Part shown: in pieces, positions 13,540-28,315 of the stretch
Layout of the letters: every line of letters starts with the position of its first letter
How positions within the stretch are numbered: position 1 is the stretch's first letter
Assembly: GCA_951406725.2 (NCBI GenBank)
Contig: OX597835.1
Location: 44,826,001-44,890,000, forward strand
From: Octopus vulgaris
Taxonomy: Eukaryota
Length of the DNA: 64,000 nucleotides
Direction: 5' to 3'
Translations under genes and position numbers: made by a program
Notes under the pieces: model-generated
Databases searched by the model: none
What the model was told of the DNA's origin: nothing
What the model saw: only the letters and a program-made list of their open reading frames with translations

Positions 13540-13800
13540 CTACGCCGAAGCAGATCAGTCAGTAGATTTACGGCATTTGCATATGAGTTAAGGAGCGGCG
13601 ATTCACTTCGTTTCGAGTTGATCCAAGCGAATGTATTGATACGTCATCCTCAATAACGGTGACACAGTGGTTATCTACCACTCTCAGTGATTCCGAAGCA
13701 GTTGCCTCTCCTTGTCTGTCACATATAGCGGATGTTCTTTAAAAACTCTGTGTCCTCTGGGGAGTATTCCCCGAATGCTATCCTGAGGAACTATCGAAGC
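13540..13800. repeat. Unclassified old dispersed repeat, homologous to 52630-52860
   Basis: Shared collinear words: TYCGTTTCGA, TCATYCWCAATAAYGG, CCRCTCT, TCCGAWGC, CCCGAAT..TATCCT. Confidence 0.5.
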
Positions 13801-13901
13801 ACATGCTCGTGCAAACGATATATATATATATATATATACATCTAATATAGGATAAAATTAATATAGGATAAATCTAATATAGGATAAATATGATTATAAT
13901 T

Positions 13902-13938
<37 letters not shown>

Positions 13939-14239
13939 TATATGTGTGTATGTGTGTGTGTGTGCGTGCGTGCGTAAATTTTTTATTTTCCTCTCTTAAG
14001 TTATTCATGAAGTATACTACCATGTGAGTTTACACGTCAATCGCATTCGTGTTATGTTCCTCCTTGCTTGACCTAATTCCCTTCTGCCACAGAACAAAAT
14101 GTTTTGTTGGAAAATGTTTTATTGGAAATCTTCTTTTCTCCACGCGTTTCCATAAATTATTCTCACTCCTCGTCTTTCCTTCAGCTCTCAGTTTTTCTCC
14201 ATCTCCAAGTCAAAGTTTCTCTTGTTTATACCATCCTCT

Positions 14240-14512
14240 ACTTATTTATCTATTTATCTACCTACCTACCTACCTACCTACCTACCTACCTACCTACCTA
14301 CCTACCTACCTACCTACCTACCTACCTACCTACCTACCCACCCACCCATCTACCTACCCACCCACCTACCTACCTATCTACCTATCTATCTATCAATCTA
14401 TCAATCAATTAATCAATCAATCTATCTAAATATATATATGTATATACGTATACATACACACACACACACGCACATACACACACATATATATATATATACA
14501 TACATACATACA

Positions 14513-14548
<36 letters not shown>

Positions 14549-14600
14549 TATATATGGGAGAGAGAGAGAGAGAGAAAGAGAGAGAGATGCGTGTGTGTAT
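14240..14600. repeat. (CTAC)n/(CTAT)n/(TACA)n/(GA)n compound microsatellite
   Basis: Directly visible. Confidence 0.9.
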
Positions 14601-14961
14601 GCATATTTAATTTGTCTATACTTACAATATCTATCAATCCTCATTAAATTAAATTTAGATTTTCGCATCTAGAGAATTTTAAAGAAAAGGAAGTAATTAG
14701 AATAAAGAAAGGGAACTGAATTCGAAATATCTGAAAATGGTTGAGTATTTTTGTCTATCAAATACACTGCTATACTTACACATATAGATCAACAGAGAGA
14801 GACCTATGAGACACAGACGCAAACACATAACTACTGGTATATGCATTTATGTAACATCTATCCACCTATGTACACACATATATACAGACACGTGTTTATG
14901 TACTCATGTATAATCATATACGTCCAGAGACATGCACGAATGCACACACACACAGACACAC

Positions 14962-14992
<31 letters not shown>

Positions 14993-15143
14993 AGAAATAT
15001 TGAGTTTCTAAATCTCTCGTAGAGAGGTGTACGGTGGTGGAGCGATATAATGGTTGTATACTGTCAATCTAACAAGAACGTGACAGTATAACGGTGGTGT
15101 ACCCCCTACTGTCACGTTCTTGTTAGATTGACAGTATACAACC

Positions 15144-15244
<101 letters not shown>

Positions 15245-15302
15245 ACACACATATATATATACACACATACACACACATATATATATATATATATACACAC
15301 AT

Positions 15303-15350
<48 letters not shown>

Positions 15351-15602
15351 ATACATACATACACATACATATATATATATATATATACATATATATACAC
15401 ACTTATGTTGAAGAGATATATATCTAAATGCATTCTATTTTCCTTTGACGTTTGTAGAGCCTTTTATGTATTTATCTCAGACATATACAAGATTGTTATT
15501 TAATGTGGTGCGAATACGTAGATATGCTGTTGATAATCAAATTGGTAAGCCACGTATGGAAACACACACCTAAATACAAAACATCCATCAGACATGCGTA
15601 TA

Positions 15603-15634
<32 letters not shown>

Positions 15635-16159
15635 CCCGCCTGTTGTGTGTATGGGTATATGTGAAAGTCATTTTAACAGACGCATATAAAGAGAAAGATT
15701 TGTGCTGTAGAATGGCATCGAATTAGAATACTAAACCCAACTGCATGCAATTTCCCTTTTGTGTTGCAACGGCAGAAGAGAGATGAATGTTATGAAATGC
15801 CTCATCTTGGGCGACTGCAACGCATAAATTGAATAAAGCGGGCGCTTCTATATCCTACGATTGAAAAGCATAGTCGACAATGTATCTTTTTTGTTGAATC
15901 TGGTCTTCGTAGCAGCATGTAGCTGGGGGAAAAATATCATCAAAATTGTGAGGGGTTCCGAACTGTTCCAGTTCCTTAATTAAAAATTTCCTCTGCCGTT
16001 GAGCAAAGTCTCTCAGTAGCCCAACAAAATTCCATACTGCAAGATTATCCAATCTATGAATTCCCTCGGAACTGTCTGACTCTAAAACTTGTGTTTCACC
16101 TACCAGATCTGATTTGTGTTGAAACTAGTGGGCTACGACTGAAAGTTTTATTTTGTACT

Positions 16160-16395
16160 GGGGAGGCAGCGTTGCTTAATGGTTAGGGCGTTGATCTCAT
16201 GAACTCATCATCGTAAGATTGTGGTTCAATTCCAGGAGAGGGTGGTTGGTCGCGTTCTTGAGTAAAACAGTTCATTTCATTCAACTGCCAAAAATGAGTC
16301 ACCCTGCGGCGAATTGGCGTCTCGACCAGTAGTGGCATATTTAGGCTACGAAATGCAGGAAACCGGAAAATTGACCCTATCCCTCTTGAAGGATC
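16160..16395 (+). mobile_element. tRNA-derived SINE, family C, older copy
   Basis: A-box TTGCTTAATGGTTAG, B-box GGTTCAATTCC; homologous to 29136-29383. Confidence 0.75.
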
Positions 16396-17063
16396 TTGAA
16401 TATTTTGTGTTATATAATTTGTCAACGCTTAAATTAGACTTTTTATTTTTTTAAGTACTTTATCCCCAGAGATGCTGCTGAAATTTTGCCACTCTTAAAT
16501 TAAAAATTTTCTTCAATAAATTTCTTGCAAAAATTCGGATAATAACATTGATATTTCCTACACCATTTTGTCAAATGTACACAAACGTATTTCGGTGCAT
16601 GATATAACCAAGACTGTTATCATTATACGAAGATTAAGTTTTGGTATGGAAATATAGAAACAATAATAGTCCTTACTGCCCTTTTATGGGTATTGACAAT
16701 TACCTTACGAATCGTTCCTTGCTCACAATTTTGATAAATATATGTAGTAAACAATGCTCCACAATGCATATGCTTATTCATACTCGGATATATATTATGT
16801 GTGTGCGCGTGGATGTGTGAGTTAGTGTCTGTGTGTGTACCTATAGACGAGTGAGTTGACAAACCAAAGACAGAGGCATTCAACTGTTCCCGTTTGGAAG
16901 GAGCTATTTATATTATTATTTAGAAACAGTTTGATTTTACCCTACCCAGCTTAAAGATTGTGTTCCCTGACGATCTCCGACCTTCTGAGTAGCCTACGTA
17001 ATTTTAAGATGTAAGGGCCAAAAGCATTGTTTTATAGGCACACACATACATGCATGTAAACAC

Positions 17064-17123
<60 letters not shown>

Positions 17124-17205
17124 GTGTGTGTGTATCTGTGTACTGTGTAACTATTACAGTATATAAATGTGTCCATACATGTACACATATATACACATAT
17201 GTGTG

Positions 17206-17271
<66 letters not shown>

Positions 17272-17436
17272 TAATAATAATTATTATTATTATTTCTAAG
17301 TTTCTCTAAAGGAGACTACCCCAGCGGGGTATTAATTAATAGTTAATTAAAAGTTATCGCCAAGTTAATATGGCAGTCCATAAATATAGGACTAAAGCTG
17401 CCGTTGATTAGCTCCAAGAGGCCATCGCCTCTAATT

Positions 17437-17474
<38 letters not shown>

Positions 17475-18357
17475 ATACATATCGACATACAGGTATTGTT
17501 ATGTATATGGAGAGAAGTGCGGACGAGAAGTAGATAGATAAGGATAGATACTGGTCAACTTAAAAGAGAGGAAAACGGAGAGATGAAAGAGAAACAATGG
17601 AAAGATAAAGATGAAAGGCAGACAGAGAAGGAAGGACCATAAATACTCACCAATACAGGGAAACGTACGTTCAAGCAATAAAAACATAAATTAGCAAGTA
17701 TTGAGTTCTTCATTTATCTAATGCTATACTAAATAACCAAGACCTGAGGCATATATAAGATAAAAATGAATCTATATTATGGTTCACAGCTAATGAAACA
17801 GTTAATATACGGTACCTTTTTTTAGACATGCATAAATACAATTAACATAGATTAATAACCTCATTCCTATGCTAACACAATGGCTTTCAGCGATACAGTT
17901 CGAGAATAATTAAGTACGCATGAAAGCATTGAAAATTCTACCATGCGAAATGAAGAACAAGAAATGGAAAGAAAAAAATGTATGCATATGTGTGTGATTG
18001 CGGGAACGCGTATGCGTTGCATGCCTCTATAAACACGTACAAAAAAATTGATGTGTATATACATAAAACATAATGGGATGTGAATGAGCAACAAGCGCTG
18101 TGTATTCGTTAAATGCTCAGGAGAAATGAATTGCTACGCATGCGTATATTTAACGTATATATATGAATGCCAGAGTGAACAGAAATGAAGACACAATGAA
18201 ATTTATCTCAATGCAGTTTATAAATACACGTATATATATATATATATATATATGTACGCATGTAAAAGATACGAAGATTAATAGTGCAATTAGAAACACG
18301 GATACGTATATACATACACGCACGTAGGTACTGTCATTGTGTTATATATATATATAT

Positions 18358-18666
18358 CATCATCATCATCATGTGACCGACCAGTCCATCAGATGCAGTT
18401 AAACATCGCTGGTCACAATGCGTTTGCATTGTTTTAGCCTTCGAATGACGCCACCCCGCTGGCTAAGCGAGCAGGCCAACAGAAGAAAGAGTGGGAGAAA
18501 GAGTGGTGAAAGAGTACAGCAGGGATCACCATCCCGTGCCTGAGCGTCGTGGAGCTTTTAGGTGTTTTCGCTCAATAAACACTCACAACGCCCGGTCTGG
18601 GAATCGAAACCGTGATCCTACGACCGCGAGTCCGCTGCCCTAACCACTAGGCCATTGCGCATCCAC
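18358..18666 (-). mobile_element. tRNA(Arg)-like SINE, family B, with (GAT)n tail and TSD
   Basis: Reverse complement of 61672-61973; flanked by GTTATATATATATATAT on both sides. Confidence 0.9.
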
Positions 18667-18734
18667 GTTATATATATATATATACATATACATACACACA
18701 CACACAAACACACACATATATGTGTATTTGTTTA

Positions 18735-19088
18735 ATTGTTTCGGTCACTGAAGTGCAGCCATACTGGAGCACCGTTTGTAGTCCAAGAAATTGTAAGCTT
18801 AGTACTTATTCTGTCGGTCTCTTTTGCTGAACCGCTAAAGTACGGGACATAAACGCACCAACATGACGGGGGACTAAGACAAACATACACACATATACAC
18901 AAAAACGCATGCAGACACACACACACGACTGGTTTCTTTCAGTTTCCGTCCACCAAATCCTCTCACAATGCTTCGGTCGGATCGAGCCTATAGTAGAAGA
19001 AACCTGCCCAAGGTGCCATGCAGTGTGCCTGGACCTGGAACCATATGGTTAGTATAGCAGCTACTGACCACACAGCCACTGCCGCGCC
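18735..19088 (-). mobile_element. tRNA-derived SINE, family A
   Basis: Reverse-complement homolog of 32764-33180, more diverged. Confidence 0.85.
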
Positions 19089-19143
19089 TATGTATATATA
19101 TATATATAATACACACACACACACATATATATCTATAGATATA

Positions 19144-20027
19144 TATTCGTAGTCTGATCAATAAGTATCGGGACTGTGGCCATAGCAACGAAGCTAAATC
19201 ACACACAGTAACGCTGCCTGACAGAGATTAACCTTGACCCCTGCTGTGCATGCTCACTAAGGTTTAACGTTCTACCTCACTACCGGTATTTACTGCAGTT
19301 CTTGGAAATAACGCGTGTACCGTGTGTTCGTCGTCTTGTCAATGACAGCGAAATTTGACCAGGATACTTGCATCAAATGTCGTCAAAGGTTTGGTGATTC
19401 CTGCTCTCAGAGGCCTACGCAAAGTTTCCAAAAAGTTTTTTTTCTTGATCGTTCTAAATACAATCAAGGAGATTTTGTGCAACTGAAACCCGAGAGCTGT
19501 TTTGGTCAGATGGAAGCAGTTTCGGCAAAAAGTTTCCAGACACGCGTCTCATACCGAAATCGTCAGTGACTAATCTGCACCTCCTCTGATAACTCACGGA
19601 TAGTGATTCGACGATTTCCCCTCGCAGATACAATCACATCTGCGATGCTTTTCTTAGCTTTGCTGGTTGCAGCCCTCCCAGAACTTTTGTCATTATCGTC
19701 ATTTTTCCGACCATCTCGGAAAAATCTTACTCACTCGTACACTTGTGTTATCACAATACACTCCTCTCCATACACTTTCGGCAATATTACGTAGGCCCCT
19801 AAGCAGGTATCCCCATGACAACTTTCTCTGACATAGTCAATGTAGATCACACGTTACACGCCTTCATTCTAACACTGCTGTAAACAGCAGAACTGTGCTA
19901 GAACATAAGAACTCAGGGCACGTGCACAACAAAGGTGAAGGTCAACATGTACCAAACGGCTTCACTCTGCATGCTTTAGCTTCGTTACTATGGCAACAGA
20001 CTGGACATTTATTGATGAGACCTCGTA
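19144..20027. mobile_element. Mariner-derived foldback element made of two inward-facing 5' ends
   Basis: TIRs of the TACGAGGTCT.ATCAATAA.T.TCC type at both ends. Left arm encodes MTAKFDQDTCIKCRQRFG on +; right arm encodes ..QVYE.VRFFRDGRK..GR..RRITIRELSEEV..GMRRVS..PKLL on -. Confidence 0.8.
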
Positions 20028-20059
20028 TCTATGTCTATGTGAATCCAGGCTTTTAGATA

Positions 20060-20094
20060 ATAAATATATTTCATATGCGTATATATCTATCCGC

Positions 20095-20172
<78 letters not shown>

Positions 20173-20221
20173 CTCTCTCTCTCTATCTCTCTCTCTTTAT
20201 ATATATATATATAAATATATA

Positions 20222-20257
<36 letters not shown>

Positions 20258-20320
20258 TCTATCTATCTATCTATCTGTGTGTCTATCTATCGATATATCT
20301 GTATATTTATCTATCTAGTG

Positions 20321-20384
<64 letters not shown>

Positions 20385-20460
20385 ATTTATACATCTATGC
20401 GCACGCATATATATATATATATATAAATCTATATATATATATACACATATATACATATAC

Positions 20461-20507
<47 letters not shown>

Positions 20508-20700
20508 TACATACATACATACACACCTGCAGCCATATACGTATATATATATATATTTGTTTATGTGCATGCATGCATACATAAATATATTATATGCATG
20601 TATCTATCTGTTTATCTGTCTGTCTGTCTGTCTCTCCATCTGTCTCTGTATCCACGTATCTCTCTTTCTATCTCTCTTTATATATATACATATAAGTGTT
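20060..20700. repeat. (TATC)n/(TA)n/(TG)n compound microsatellite
   Basis: Directly visible. Confidence 0.9.
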
Positions 20701-21150
20701 AATCTTATTGTGTTGTGAAATTCACCCAAACAATTAATATTCCAAGACTTGGCACTTTACCGAATCCATATAACTTAGAGGAATATAACAAAGATAACCT
20801 TTAGAATTCCATTAAGCTAGGAAAATCTCGCCTACACTGAAACAAAAAGAAAGAAACAAAAAAACACATAAAGTCGCCCGCAAGGTTGCTAGCAATTTGA
20901 ACTTTTGCTCAATAAAAGAATTCGTTAATTTAATCAAGATTTGAATATATATATCTTCACGCACAAACACCCATAAACACACACATACGTGTGCACACAC
21001 GCACACATACATATACTTATATTTATATATCATCTATATAGGTATGTATGTGTATATATATGCATATATATATATATACATATATATGGATATATATGTA
21101 TGTATATATACACGCATATATATATATACACATAATCTAAGAGTACAAAA

Positions 21151-21206
<56 letters not shown>

Positions 21207-23392
21207 ACTCATGTATATATGTATACATATACATTTATAAATACATACATATATATATGTATATATGTTATATATGTGTGTATATATATATATACTTATA
21301 GATAAATAGATAGATCGAAGATATATACATGCATACATACATATACATACATACATACATATATGTATATATACCTGCATGCAAACAAACGCACGCGCCT
21401 CTAATAAACGGCTCCAAGGTTGTTGTCATCGAAGAACGAGGGTCAATAACAGAATGAAATAAGGAACTTGTGATTTTAACCACGAACACACACATATATA
21501 TATATCTATGCATATCTCATGTTTACATACATACGTATAAATACATATGCATCGGTAATGTCGCCGAGACGCATATATTTGCACAATTAATTCTAAATTT
21601 TTGTGACATTTCTCCACGTGTACTTATAATCTAAAGAATTTCATATTCGAATAAATGTTATTGTTTCTTGTTTTTTTTTTATTCATTCCATCATTTATAT
21701 CTTTACTTTGTGTGTGAGTTTATCGGTGATTCTTCGCACATCGACGACGACGATTCGGTATATCGGTAACCATTTTAATTACTTCTGAATTCACGTGAAG
21801 ACCGTTGGAGTATTCCCCAGACTCGTGTACTCTTAGATTATTTTATTATATGTCGGCTACAAACGTTGACTCATATATATCTGTATCGAAATCTACGAAT
21901 GACCGAAGGGAATACTAATTTTTGAATTTGAAATATGTGAACCTTATACTGTCTGTGCTGAATGTAAATCTGAGAGTGCCATAGGAAGTGAGTATACTCT
22001 GAAAGGCAGTCACTGCGAATCCTTCCTTCTGCAATTTCTTCGTATGAGGAAGTTTCAGGATAATTTCCGAATGCTTGATAATCAATGGCGAAAGACGTTT
22101 CAATGAGAAGGCGGAATTCTTTATATTGCTGAAGATTAATGATCTGTATTGTAGTCCATAGATCATCAATTGTGTATCCCAAACACCCATGTGTCTTGTG
22201 GTTATTATTGCTGTACTACTTAAATGCTTTGAACTATTCAAACCATAATAACTTCGGTTCATGCATAATAATGGCATTCCAGAAGATTCTATGCATCAAG
22301 CAGAACAGATTCATCCTGATATAGTGAATACTGGAATAAAGGGATGGAATCAACAATGCATCCCTCATCGAAAATTCCAACGACTCAGCTTAACTACACT
22401 GAAATCAATATAACAACAGCTATTTTGAAAATAACACCATTTCACGTTTATGTTGGTGAATAGTATGTTTCATAGATATGGTACCCTAAAGCACGGTGCA
22501 CTGCAAGGCAGCCTATTCTGCTATTTTACAGGTTTTGGTAGCAAGAAAGTGAGATTTGTTTCCTTGGTGTTCATGGTACCACGGAAAATATATTCGTTAT
22601 TGATCTATTGGTTGCCAGTGCCCGTCATATATTTTTGCTGATGATTCTTTGGATATTACTAACACACCGTCCTTTCCATGGATCCTTAAAATACATTCGG
22701 CCTTCAAGCTACTCGAGAATATTGGCGAAAATTATCACCCTAATGGAATGATAACAATAATTCGAGATCTGGGATAAATTCTTAACAGATGTGAAATGAG
22801 GATCTGAAATGAATGCGCAACGAAAACAAAGGATTTCTTGAAGACCTGCAGTGACATTGCAGGACATGTGAAAAAAATAATTCGATACCGTAATGGTCCG
22901 CAGTAATTTTTCAAAAATTCAAAGGGGTAAAAAGAAATGGTAGCCTCTAAAATCTGCAAATAAGAGATATTCAATACTTCAGGAGAAGCAGCATCTTTAT
23001 AATAGGCGAATAATTATGCATCTTTGCAGTATCGGTCATTGATGTATCGTTACAGTATCGATTATTTTCATTTCAACAGAATAATTTCCTCCGCGTTGTC
23101 ACCATTTTCATCATTTGCTTCTTAATTGCGAAAAATACGTAAGACTAAAAAACAAAGACAAAGAAAGACAGTCCATGTACATAAAAGAAAGCTTCAAATG
23201 ATTTCTGAGGCAGCTGCCATAGACGCACACACACTCATAAATATATCTGCACACACATACGCACACACACACATATATACACACACAAAAAATACATGGA
23301 TGTGGGTGCTCATTTCTGTATACATAAATGTGTTTATACGTACATATGTATAATATAATATAATATAATATAATATAATATAATATAATATA

Positions 23393-23475
<83 letters not shown>

Positions 23476-23703
23476 CTATCTATATGTATATATATATATA
23501 TATATATGTATATATCTACCTACCTATCTATTTATCTCTCTATGTCTCTATCTATTTATCTATCTGTCTATCTATCTATATATACATACAGGCACACAGT
23601 CAAATTCTGATGTTTGAACGTAAACTCAGCAATTTCAAACTGGTGTCTGGTGCAGAAACGAATCTTATATTTTGCATTTAAAGAATTTTGTATCATTTTG
23701 ACG

Positions 23704-23803
<100 letters not shown>

Positions 23804-24174
23804 CGGCGAGAAAAAGATAGAGAGTGAGAGATATAGAAAGAGAAAAAAAGAAGCGACTCTCTAGATATTCAAACGAAGGATAGATATTGCATGCAATAAT
23901 AGAAAAAATATATACTCTTAAACAAATATATCGGAAATTAAAATGGCGTACTTACATTACGTACATCCTACTTGTTACCCTGCAACCAAAATCATTCTTC
24001 TATCGACCATTCTTCAACTTCATTTTTCACTTACTTTATATAATTTTTGTAAAGTCTCACATTGCTTTTTTTTCATTTTTTTTTCTATCGTTTATTTTTT
24101 TTACCTTGCAATAATACGATTTTTTATGTTTATCCTTTCAAATATTTTCGTTGTGTTTTAAAATTTTAACATTA

Positions 24175-24228
24175 TCATGATGATGATGATGATGATGATG
24201 CTTATCATCATAATCGTCATCATGCACA

Positions 24229-24302
<74 letters not shown>

Positions 24303-24305
24303 ACT
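24175..24305. repeat. (GAT)n + (ATT)n microsatellite
   Basis: Directly visible. Confidence 0.9.
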
Positions 24306-24583
24306 ATTATTTGGGGCTGTTTGGCTTTCAAATAATTGCCTCTATGATTCGAAACAACGCAGTGAAAAATTCGTCTTTTTCTTGTTGTTACAGAAAAGAA
24401 AAAAAAAGTCGGATCGAACAAAAAAAGTCTAAAGAAACAATTAATAAAAAGTAAATGAAAAATGTCAATAATATCATTGACAAAAATCCGAGGCAAATCC
24501 GGCAAAGATAAACGTCAGGAACGTAAACAAGAATAAATAACCTTTTAAAAAAATAATATTGATGTGATATTGTTAAAATAACA

Positions 24584-24660
<77 letters not shown>

Positions 24661-24790
24661 CATACATATGAAACAAGCATAAACAGGAGAATATATAGAT
24701 GCATTTAACTATATCTATCTATCTCCCTATCTATCTATATCTATATAGATACATACATACATATATACATACACACACACAAACACACAT

Positions 24791-24840
<50 letters not shown>

Positions 24841-24937
24841 ATTACGTTGTACATACAGTCAATCATATAAACATATATGCACACATACATACATACACAC
24901 ATATACATATATATATATATATATATACCTTTGCACT

Positions 24938-25166
<229 letters not shown>

Positions 25167-25199
25167 TTCCGTTGCCGCTGGCGGAGGCTAAGAAGCTGA

Positions 25200-25679
25200 A
25201 GACGACGCTACTGCCGCTGCTGTTGATGATACTGAAGTCGTGGATGGGGACAGTGGTAATAATGATGATGATGATGATGATGATGATGAAGACGATGACG
25301 ACGGTGACAACAATTCTGATAATGAGGATGATGAAGATGAAGACAACGTCGACGACATCGATGCTGACGATGGTGATAATGAAGCTGTAGGTATTTACGA
25401 CCGTATCTATAATGATAACGATAACGAAGATGGGACTCGAATATATATTTTGCCGAAAATATGTATTGCCATCGTCATCATCATCATCATCATCGTCATC
25501 GTCATCGACGCTGACGATGTCATTGATGATGAAAAGGTAATGATAACGATCCTGATAATGAACAGCATCATAAAGATGGCGATATCGTCGACAAACATGA
25601 AGATAACAATGGCGACGATGATGACGTTAGCAATCCTAATATAATGCGTCAGCGGTAGCTGTAGCGAGATTAGTAGTAA

Positions 25680-25711
<32 letters not shown>

Positions 25712-25879
25712 TTAGTAGTTGTAGTAGTAGTAGTAGTAGTAGTAGTTGTAGTAGTAGTAGTAGTAGTTGCTGTTGTTGTTGTAGTATTAGTAGTATTAGT
25801 AGTAGTTGTTGTTGTAGTAGTAATTGTTGTAGTAGTAGTAGTTGTTGTAGTAGTAATTGTTGTAGTAGTAGTAGTTGTT

Positions 25880-25914
<35 letters not shown>

Positions 25915-25967
25915 TGTAGTAGTAGTAGTAGCAGTAGTAGTAGTAGTAGTAGTTGTAGTAGTAATAT

Positions 25968-26009
<42 letters not shown>

Positions 26010-26035
26010 AAGAAGAAGAAGTAGAAGGAGAAGGG
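25200..26035. repeat. Cryptic (GAY)n tract followed by long (GTA/GTT)n trinucleotide array
   Basis: Directly visible; yields poly-D, poly-V and poly-L ORFs. Confidence 0.9.
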
Positions 26036-26397
26036 GTAATATCAATGCTAATATGGTTGGCAGTGTTGGTGGGGATTCATTTCATATGTTTCAGTATATA
26101 ATCTCGACGCTTTAAAGCCAGAGGTATATTAGCTTTAGCTTTGTATCTGCCGACACGTACGAGGACACAGACGCAGACACACTCACACACATACACACAC
26201 ACGAACACACACAAACACACACGCACACGCACGCACACACTCACACATAAACCGGATAGACACATGCTCTCAAGCACGTCGATATTGTCTTACGCAGACA
26301 TGCACAATATATTTTGAAAGACAGCAGAAATGTGAGCAATTAACCATACCATACACAAACGTACATCCCGCTCCGTAGAAGATGACATACATACGTA

Positions 26398-26442
<45 letters not shown>

Positions 26443-26445
26443 ACA

Positions 26446-26533
<88 letters not shown>

Positions 26534-26638
26534 CACATATATATACATATATATACATATATATATGTTTATATATATATAAGCATGTATATATGTGTGT
26601 ATGTGATTGTATATTAAAATATATATATTGCGATAGGC

Positions 26639-26759
<121 letters not shown>

Positions 26760-27550
26760 ATGTATATATATATATATTAGCATATCTACACGTATATATA
26801 TATATATAAACATATATATTTGCGTGTGTATATATAATTGCTACCGCACACTTCTACAATACAATGTGTATTGTGACTTCCTCGTTCTTCACGTTTTTTA
26901 CTCTCAATTTCCTTTTAAGAAAAGGAATGAAAGGAATCTAAAAATCTATTCAGGAAAGCTAAGTGATTTGGAAAAAAAAAAGTCTCTACGTATTTATATG
27001 TTTATTTATTTCTATTCTAAATACACGAATGTATTTTAATGTTTACCAGGAAATGTTGACAATGTCGGAAATTGTAAGCTGAGCTTAGTGTTCGTACATT
27101 CTACGTACATGATATTTTGCTGTGCCTATGGTTACTAAGATAAATTTGCGTCAAAGTCCGTCGTTTTCATCCTCCAAGGAGTCGAGAGTCATAACAAGAT
27201 GGAACTCATAAACAGAGACACTTTAGTTTTTAATTAATGACTGCCGCGACTCACCCATTAACGTCTATGTGCCGAAATAGTTTAATATTGTTATAATTTT
27301 GTTATTTTGAATCGTTTGGTTGTGTCAGTCATTGGACAACATCCATGCTGGGGCAACCAAATACTTGACAGGTTTTAGTTGAAAAGAAATTGGTCCGAAA
27401 ACTTATTTTGGTCCAACTTGCTGATTCGCTAAGTTGCGAGGACGTAGGGACAAACAAAATATAAGAGCATACACACTCACTCACACGCACACAGGCGTAC
27501 ATGCGCACACACGCACACACACACACACACACAATCATATATATATATAT

Positions 27551-27750
27551 TCTTTATTGCCCACAAGGGGCTAAACATAGAGGGGACAAACAAGGACAGA
27601 CAAAGGGATTAAGTCGATTACATCGACCCCAGTGCGAAACTGGTACTTTATTTATCGACCCCGAAAGGATGAAAGGCAAAGTTGACCTCGGCGAAATTTG
27701 AACTCAGAACGTAGCGACAGACGAAATACCGCTAAGCATTTCGCCCGGCA
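27551..27750 (-). mobile_element. Family D SINE, 5'-truncated, with long flanking duplication
   Basis: Matches 4510-4710. Flanks ~27474-27550 and ~27749-27815 are near-identical. Confidence 0.9.
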
Positions 27751-27798
27751 CTCACTCACACACACACATGCGTACATGCGCACACACGCACACACACA

Positions 27799-27846
<48 letters not shown>

Positions 27847-27862
27847 TATATATATATGTATG

Positions 27863-27917
<55 letters not shown>

Positions 27918-27919
<2 letters not shown>

Positions 27920-28041
27920 GACTGGCTTCTTGCAGTTTCTGTCAGCTTGATCCACTTTTAAGGAAATGTCGAGCCAGGGGTTATAGTGGGAGTCACATAT
28001 CTTAGATGACAAGCAGTGGAACTGAACCTAGAACCATGTGA
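27918..28041 (-). mobile_element. Family A SINE 5' fragment, decayed
   Basis: TACGACTGGCTTCTTGCAGTTTC...GCAGTGGAACTGAACCTAGAACCATGTG matches family A reverse complement; its 3' part probably lies at 27310-27460. Confidence 0.65.
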
Positions 28042-28315
28042 TAGGCTAGCACACAACCCCAGTTGGACCTATGCGATTTAAAATCTTTGTTCTTCTCTGA
28101 GTCGAAGGGTTAATAAAACCAGAGTATCTGTCAATTTCCATCATCTCTGACAGAGATTGCAACACTCTCCCCCTCCATCCCTTTCGAGCAGTTCAACCTT
28201 TTGCCAACATTATATTCGAATTTCCTTCCGTCGAGTGGGCTCTTTTTGTTTTCATTATTTCTTTTATTGAAAATATTAAAAGAAGCCTTCACTTTCATCG
28301 CTACCTGGTGGTTAC

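Noticed and set aside
25240-25644. Asp-rich ORF suggestive of an acidic biomineralisation protein
   Set aside because: Cryptic GAT/GAC repeat that flips strand mid-ORF and lies among other trinucleotide arrays; no signal peptide or splice support.
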